DNA from: Zestosphaera tikiterensis
GTDB lineage: Archaea; Thermoproteota; Thermoprotei_A; Sulfolobales; NBVN01
Assembly: GCA_003056265.1 (NCBI GenBank)
Contig: NBVN01000004.1
Coordinates: forward strand, 210,001-242,000
Direction of reading: 5' to 3'
Length of the DNA stretch: 32,000 nucleotides
A model generated the notes under the pieces. The model made no database searches and was not told the origin of the DNA. It saw nothing but the letters and a program-made list of their open reading frames with translations. Positions 27,012 through 32,000 of this stretch are shown piece by piece (position 1 is the stretch's first letter; the number at the start of each line of letters is the position of its first letter). A program made the position numbers and the translations under genes.

Positions 27012-27308
27012 AGACCTCAGAAGGCCTCAGCAAATACGCTAACTACCTAGTTTTAGCAATGCTGGCTAAAGCTTACTTTCGCTTATATTTAACTCGGTAG
27101 TGGTCAACTGCGTTTAGAGCTAACGAGCATAAGTTCGTTGAAGTATGTTTTTAATTAGCATTCAAACACTTGGGGACGTCTAATATGTTAAAAAGCATCC
27201 AAAGCAGCTGAAAACTGTCATAACATTAATCGACAGTTAAGGCCGTCGTCACGTATTTTAAACACCGTTTATAAAGTACGTCCCCGCTATATATGATTAG
27301 GACTTCCG

Positions 27309-28073
27309 GTGTTGAGTTTGAAAAGTAGGGAAGCTTTTGAAGTGAATATGTCATGGATTAAGAAGGTGGCTATTATGTATTACATAGAGCGTGGGTTGCT
27401 TGAACTTATAGAGGATTTCGAATGCCCTGATGCGAGAGTGCGTATTGAGGAAGGCTGGAGGGGTGATGTGGTAAGACTTTGCTGCTGTGGTAGAGAGTTG
27501 GAAGCAGGGGCTTCAATACCTTCCTTAGATGAAGCGATTGACGAGGGCTTAATTGAGAAGTACTACGTTGAAAGCAGTTGCTGCGAGGGTTTAGACATAG
27601 CTGAGATTCAGTTTGAGTCTTACTCAACCATCGTTAAAAACTTCCACGATGTTTTAACGCCTTATGTAGGTTTAACACATAGGTCTGGTGTTGAATATCT
27701 GTTCGCGGTTTTCAAAGATGGTAGGGGATTAGTTTTAGAGGGTGAGGCGAACAAGGTATCCGTGCCTTTAAAGAATTCTTTATTTACAGTTCACACACAC
27801 CCAGGTAGTTGCCTACCATCACCGCATGACGTAAGAAGTATTATCAACTTATTGCTTGAGGGTGGGTTTGGTGGAGGTGTTCAGGGTGTTGGATGTTACT
27901 TCCTCATATTGCGTAAGGGTTTCTTCACAGAAGAGGATCTTATGGAGATCATAGAGTTTAAGAACGCTTTAAGCAGTGGGGACTACGACCGAGTTAATAC
28001 GTGGTTAAGACTCGGTAAGTTAAGTTCTAACCTCTACATACACACGAACTACTTAAGCATTTGTCAAGTATAA
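27309..28073 (+). CDS. JAMM/MPN+ metalloprotease domain protein with a Cys-rich N-terminal region
   Basis: 254 aa. GVEYLF (Glu) ... HTHPGSCLPSPHD approximates the JAMM E...HxHx6-7SxxD signature. The N-terminal ~110 aa contain CCC and CC clusters. Start is GTG 27309 or ATG 27348. Confidence 0.65.
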   Translation: MLSLKSREAFEVNMSWIKKVAIMYYIERGLLELIEDFECPDARVRIEEGWRGDVVRLCCCGRELEAGASIPSLDEAIDEGLIEKYYVESSCCEGLDIAEIQFESYSTIVKNFHDVLTPYVGLTHRSGVEYLFAVFKDGRGLVLEGEANKVSVPLKNSLFTVHTHPGSCLPSPHDVRSIINLLLEGGFGGGVQGVGCYFLILRKGFFTEEDLMEIIEFKNALSSGDYDRVNTWLRLGKLSSNLYIHTNYLSICQV

Positions 28074-28776
28074 GCTTAACTAACTCTAGGTAGGCCTCTT
28101 TATTACCTCCTTTGTATGACTTAAGGAGTTCACGTGTTGAGCCCTCCTCAGCAGATAATGACGGGCAGCAAAGCTTGACTTTAGGTATTCTAATAAAATA
28201 CCCTGAAAAAACTCGACATAAGTTACGCCCAGGTTTTAAACTACTTGACTCGAAATCTACTATCCGTATCCTTCCCGAAGCCTCTATAAGCACGTGATCC
28301 TTAAGGACGGATAGTTCATGGTGATCCACACCAACATCATCTAAATACTTACCTACCGCGAGTATCTTAAGACCTAATAGAATTAGCTCATCACACGCAC
28401 TTAACGTTTTTAGGTATTCCTCTAAATTAACGCCGTTAATAAACTCCATCACTACGTACTCGTCTCCGCATGAATATATTTTAGGAGCTATTGGTTGAGC
28501 TTGCTTCATCGCCTTACATTCCTGCTTAAGTGAATCTCTTTTAGAATCGGTCCTTAAAACCTTCACAGCAACTATGCCGAATTCTTTATGCTTGCTTAAA
28601 AACACGACTGAAGAATGGCCCTTACCTAACAACTTAACTTCGGTGGCCCCCCTTTCGTCAACTTCTAACCCTACGTCACGTAAGCTTTTAAGCCTCTTAA
28701 AAGCTACTTCCTCATTAAATTTCGGGAAGCTCAACACCTCAAGTAGCCTGTATTCCATCCTATAGCAGACCCTCAT
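28027..28776 (-). CDS. small atypical (RIO/Bud32-like) protein kinase
   Basis: 249 aa. LLGKGHSSVVF glycine loop, VAVKV lysine, HHELSVLKDHVLI catalytic-loop-like segment and IVDFE (DFG-like). Confidence 0.65.
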   Translation of the reverse strand: MRVCYRMEYRLLEVLSFPKFNEEVAFKRLKSLRDVGLEVDERGATEVKLLGKGHSSVVFLSKHKEFGIVAVKVLRTDSKRDSLKQECKAMKQAQPIAPKIYSCGDEYVVMEFINGVNLEEYLKTLSACDELILLGLKILAVGKYLDDVGVDHHELSVLKDHVLIEASGRIRIVDFESSSLKPGRNLCRVFSGYFIRIPKVKLCCPSLSAEEGSTRELLKSYKGGNKEAYLELVKLILDKCLSSSCVCRG

Positions 28777-28901
28777 GCTATAAGTCGTTAGAAGGATTAA
28801 AACTGATGTTTATATGTGTTAAAACATGGTTTACATTATTTAGACGTATTAAAGTAAAGTATTTAAAGGTTTAAACATTCTTACTAAGGTGGTAAAACAA
28901 A

Positions 28902-30170
28902 ATGTCTTCGTATCTTGAGTGGTTATTAGGAGTTTTAAAGAATTCAGTGGAGCTTGCGGGACTTCCTCAAGAGGTTTACGACTATTTAAGCAAGCCGGAT
29001 AGGGTCTTAATGGTTAAGATACCTGTAAGGATGGATGATGGAAGGCTAATGATCTTCGAAGGCTATAGAGTTCAGCACAATAATGCGTTAGGTCCTTACA
29101 AAGGAGGTATTAGATACCATCCGGAAGTTACTTTAGAGACTGACATAGCGTTGGCCTTAGGCATGACTTTAAAGAACTCTCTAGCCGGTATTCCCTACGG
29201 TGGAGGTAAAGGAGCTGTTAAATGCGATCCTAAGAAGATGAGTATGAGGGAGCTTGAGCAGTTAAGTAGGGGTTATGCTAGAGCTATAGCTCCGTTAATC
29301 GGCGATCAGATAGACATCCCAGCACCAGACGTTAATACTAACCCGCAGATTATGGCTTGGATGGTTGACGAGTACAGCAAACTCAAAGGCTATAACGTGC
29401 CTGGGGTATTCACGGCGAAGCCTCCGGAGCTTTGGGGTAATCCAGTTAGGATATACTCAACAGGGTTCGGCACAATAATAGCTGCTAAAGCAGCTGCTGA
29501 AAGATGGATGGGTGGGTTTGAAGGTAAGACGGTAGCGGTTCACGGATTTGGGAATGTTGCTCAATATGCGGCTTATTGGGCAAGTAAGTTAGGTGCTAAA
29601 GTATTAGCGGTGAGCGACACTTCAGGAACTGTTTACGACCCTAACGGCTTAGACGTTGAGTTAGCTATGAAGGTTAAGAACGAAACTGGTAAAGTGATTA
29701 ACTACCCGAAGGGAAGTAAAATACCTGATCCGAACGCTTCACTATATGTTGAGGCAGACATTCTAATTCCTGCGGCTTTAGAGAACATCATAACTCACGA
29801 GAACGCGGGTAAGGTGAAGGCTAAGCTTATAGCTGAAGGAGCTAACGGTCCTACAACGCCTGAAGCCGAGAAGATACTTTACAGTAGGAAGGACTTCATA
29901 GCTGTCGTACCTGACATCTTAGCTAACGCTGGAGGAGTTATAATGTCTTACTTAGAATGGGTTGAGAACCTTCAGTGGTGGTTCTGGGACGAAGAGGAAA
30001 CTAGAGAGAGGCTTGCTTCAATAATGACGAAGAACTTTAAGAGAACCGCTGATAGGTGGGAGCAACTAAAGAGCGATAGGAAGGATAGATTAGTAACCAT
30101 GCGTGACGCAGCGTTCGTGTTAGCTGTGGAGAGAGTATATAAGGCAATGAAGGTTAGGGGTTGGATTTAA
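28902..30170 (+). CDS. gdhA: glutamate dehydrogenase
   Basis: 422 aa. [15 protein letters not shown] and VHGFGNV motifs. tatttaaa box and aaggtgg SD upstream. Confidence 0.95.
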   Translation: MSSYLEWLLGVLKNSVELAGLPQEVYDYLSKPDRVLMVKIPVRMDDGRLMIFEGYRVQHNNALGPYKGGIRYHPEVTLETDIALALGMTLKNSLAGIPYGGGKGAVKCDPKKMSMRELEQLSRGYARAIAPLIGDQIDIPAPDVNTNPQIMAWMVDEYSKLKGYNVPGVFTAKPPELWGNPVRIYSTGFGTIIAAKAAAERWMGGFEGKTVAVHGFGNVAQYAAYWASKLGAKVLAVSDTSGTVYDPNGLDVELAMKVKNETGKVINYPKGSKIPDPNASLYVEADILIPAALENIITHENAGKVKAKLIAEGANGPTTPEAEKILYSRKDFIAVVPDILANAGGVIMSYLEWVENLQWWFWDEEETRERLASIMTKNFKRTADRWEQLKSDRKDRLVTMRDAAFVLAVERVYKAMKVRGWI

Positions 30171-30267
30171 AACCAAACATATTTTCAGATATGGGTAGGG
30201 TATCGTTTAAGGACTGATGATGTAAAGCTTTTTCCCTTCAACATAACATAATTTTTCGGGTGTGTAA

Positions 30268-31072
30268 ATGTTAGCTAAGCTCGCTAGGCTTATCGCCGAA
30301 TACTGCGTTAATGTAAAGCAGGGGATGAGGTTCTCATCAACGCTTCCTTAGAGGCTTACAACCGAAAGCCTCGCCTCTTTAGGGTGGGGATGAAGGTTTA
30401 TAAGCTGTTGTTTCTAGTTCATTTTTGGTGATGATGTTTAATGTGTGTGGGAGGCAAACCTCAAACAAATCAATCAAAGCATACACGTAACCCATACCAT
30501 GCCCTCCCACATGAAGTTTTGAGGCCTTCAGAGGTCGATGATTGATGAAGGTATTCCATAACCCCAAGTCCCCGAGGGGGGATAGGGGTAATGGGCTGGA
30601 GGCCCGGCCCGGAGGTGAATGAAGAAAGATGTACCTCCAAACCAATGAACCGCCCGAAGAGGGACCCCGCCCTTCAGGACGGGGAGGAGGTCAGCCAGCC
30701 ATATGGCGTGGTGTGGAGGTTAGGAACGTTAGGTTAGTCTTTAAGAAGGGTGTGGTTGTTGAAGCTAAAGCTGAAAGCGGTGAGGATTACTTAAGGAAAA
30801 TGCTTGAGACTGATGAAGGTGCTAGGAGGGTTGGTGAGGTTGCTTTCGGTCTGAATTACGACATAACTAAGCAAACTAGGGAGATTTTATTCGATGAGAA
30901 GATAGGCGGTACAATACATATAGCTTTAGGCTCCTCCTACGTTAAAACCGGCGGTAAGAACGTTTCAGCCATTCACTGGGACTTAGTGAAGGGTATGAAG
31001 AACGGTAGGGTTTTCGCGGATGGTGATCTAATATATGAGAACGGCAAGTTCTTAGATGAGGTGTTTAAATGA
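30268..31072 (+). pseudogene. decayed M29-family (AmpS/PepS-type) aminopeptidase; frameshifted N-terminus, central part replaced by a repeat element
   Basis: 30268-30324 encodes MLAKLARLIAEYCVNVKQG. The family-like continuation DEVLINASLEAYN needs a -1 shift at the G-run 30321-30324. From about 30698 a third frame encodes ...[17 protein letters not shown]...AIHWDLV (M29 C-terminal metal-binding blocks). Roughly 200 codons expected in between are missing. Confidence 0.7.
30408..30695 (-). repeat. copy B of the structured noncoding repeat element (long form with a ~100-nt hairpin extension)
   Basis: The reverse complement aligns to 7372-7549. The extra GC-rich segment at about 30571-30671 sits exactly in the loop of the hairpin that is gtcc-tgaa-ggac in copy A. 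Confidence 0.65.
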
Positions 31073-31545
31073 GTATTAAAGTAGGTATTGTTGACACGAC
31101 GTTCGCGAGGGTTGATATGGGTTCCGTAGCTGAGAAAACTCTTAAAGAGATCGCTCCCAACGCCTTAATCTATAGATATACAGTACCTGGGATTAAAGAC
31201 ATACCGGTGGCTGCCAAGAAGCTAATCGAGGAGAAAGGTTGCGACGGTGTTATAACTCTTGGTTGGGTTGGTTCAACACTTACGGACAAACTCTCCTACG
31301 TTGTAGCCAGCCTAGCACTGCAGTTAGTACAGCTTAAGACGAATAAACACATAATAGACGTTACGGTTCATGAAGATGAAGCGGAAAAACCTGAAGAGTT
31401 GGTTAAGATAGCTTTAGATAGGACGGTAAAGCACTGTAGGAACTTAGTAACGCTCGTAACTCAAGGAGGGGAGGGTCTTAGGAGATACGCTGGTAAGGGA
31501 TTAAGGCAGGGTAGGGAGGACGTAGGTCCTTTAACGAAGACGTAA
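31069..31545 (+). CDS. ribC: archaeal-type riboflavin synthase
   Basis: 158 aa. [42 protein letters not shown] and [14 protein letters not shown] match the Methanocaldococcus enzyme. ATGA overlap with the upstream stop. Confidence 0.9.
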   Translation: MSIKVGIVDTTFARVDMGSVAEKTLKEIAPNALIYRYTVPGIKDIPVAAKKLIEEKGCDGVITLGWVGSTLTDKLSYVVASLALQLVQLKTNKHIIDVTVHEDEAEKPEELVKIALDRTVKHCRNLVTLVTQGGEGLRRYAGKGLRQGREDVGPLTKT

Positions 31546-31580
31546 TTTAAAAAGAGTGTAAAGACGTAGTTAACAAAGCT

Positions 31581-31622
31581 GTTTCACGCCGTTTCACGGC
31601 GTTTCTACGTGGATTTCACGGT
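31581..31622 (+). promoter_or_regulatory. four tandem imperfect ~10-nt repeats (GTTTCACGSC-like) upstream of a TATA box
   Basis: gtttcacgcc gtttcacggc gtttctacgtg gatttcacggt, followed by ttaattaaatatag and ATG 31671. Confidence 0.4.
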
Positions 31623-31670
31623 ATTGTTAATTAAATATAGCGTTGAGTTTGTAAGTGAGGTGTGTTAAAG

Positions 31671-32000
31671 ATGGCCGTGTTAGGGAGTAAACTTGGTAAA
31701 GGTGTTGCGTTGGCTTTACTAGCTTTGTTGCTAGCTTCAATAACCCCAACAACTAGCTTAACGGCCTTAGCCCAGCAACAGACAACCACTTCAACACGAC
31801 CTTCAACGCCGGCAAACACTTCAGTCCCTGTAAGGAGAGGTCCGGAACACGCGGTTCAAGTGCTTATTGATAGGACGGAGTTACTGATTGCTAGGATTAA
31901 AGACTTCACAAAGAAGTATAACATAACGTTACCTGAAAATTTAAGTACCTTATTAAGTACGGCTGAGGAGTTGGTGAATGAGGCGAAGAACTTACTGCCT
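31671..32000 (+). CDS. 5' part of a secreted/surface Thr-rich protein (runs off the window)
   Basis: ATG 31671 is open for 110 codons to the window end. Signal-peptide-like MAVLGSKLGKGVALALLALLLASITP, then QQQTTTSTRPSTPANTS. Missing from the ORF track because there is no stop in the window. Confidence 0.6.
   Translation, partial: MAVLGSKLGKGVALALLALLLASITPTTSLTALAQQQTTTSTRPSTPANTSVPVRRGPEHAVQVLIDRTELLIARIKDFTKKYNITLPENLSTLLSTAEELVNEAKNLLP

Noticed and set aside
30379-30645. 88-aa minus-strand ORF, and the first ~23 codons of the 30629 plus-strand ORF, inside repeat copy B
   Set aside because: The homologous copy A has indels that are not multiples of three and an in-frame stop, so no frame is conserved. 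Both are treated as noncoding.
30568-30680. The extra ~100-nt segment of copy B as an archaeal bulge-helix-bulge (BHB) intron
   Set aside because: The pairing gtcc/ggac plus aggg/ccct places the 3-nt unpaired stretches (tga and cgg) opposite each other as a 3x3 internal loop. They are not staggered across a 4-bp helix as a BHB requires. None of the three possible junction registers gave a canonical hBHBh' fold.
1033-31819. About 25 short ORFs (60-145 aa) antisense to or overlapping the long genes, for example 1033-1290, 2243-2629, 4447-4782, 5317-5754, 8872-9231, 12261-12572, 16950-17219, 20692-21087, 25241-25564, 28112-28297 and 31631-31819
   Set aside because: Each is embedded in a longer gene with recognisable motifs or coherent structure on the other strand. 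They have low-complexity Ser/Thr/Leu-rich composition typical of antisense frames and no start-site signals.
1-32000. CRISPR arrays, tRNA or rRNA genes, IS elements, integrases, toxin-antitoxin pairs
   Set aside because: No regularly spaced direct repeats, no T-loop-containing cloverleaf, no rRNA-like sequence, and no transposase- or integrase-like ORF on either strand.

Overview
The window looks like chromosomal DNA from an AT-rich hyperthermophilic archaeon, probably a crenarchaeote. Supporting signs are Pth2, eL33 (L35Ae) and eS25 ribosomal proteins, an ATP-dependent DNA ligase, an archaeal-type riboflavin synthase, GGTG-type Shine-Dalgarno motifs, leaderless-style TATA spacing and frequent TTG/GTG starts. 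Coding density is high and most genes are housekeeping. These include pth2, an M50 protease, a LipS-type/LplA lipoylation cluster and an acdA-iorA-iorB operon. They also include hpt, glmS plus a sugar nucleotidyltransferase, DNA ligase, a family-4 UDG, truD, 6-phospho-3-hexuloisomerase, gdhA and ribC. Against the AT-rich background, several GC-rich ORF-free islands stand out as RNA candidates. (1) A clear SRP (7S) RNA lies at 24431-24737 (-). (2) An unassigned cloverleaf-plus-hairpin RNA candidate lies at 5151-5303, inside an operon of three large unassignable proteins (1899-6229). (3) A two-copy inverted, structured, noncoding element lies at 7372-7549 and 30408-30695. The second copy carries a roughly 100-nt hairpin-loop expansion and replaces the middle of a decayed M29 aminopeptidase gene. 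(4) There is one strong and one weak C/D box sRNA candidate. Other points worth a look are a convergently overlapping JAMM/MPN+ protease and small atypical kinase pair, a solitary Mrr-like nuclease, and tandem decamer repeats upstream of a secreted Thr-rich protein. I saw no CRISPR array, rRNA, tRNA, IS element or integrase. All family assignments come from motif recognition by eye; no database search was possible.
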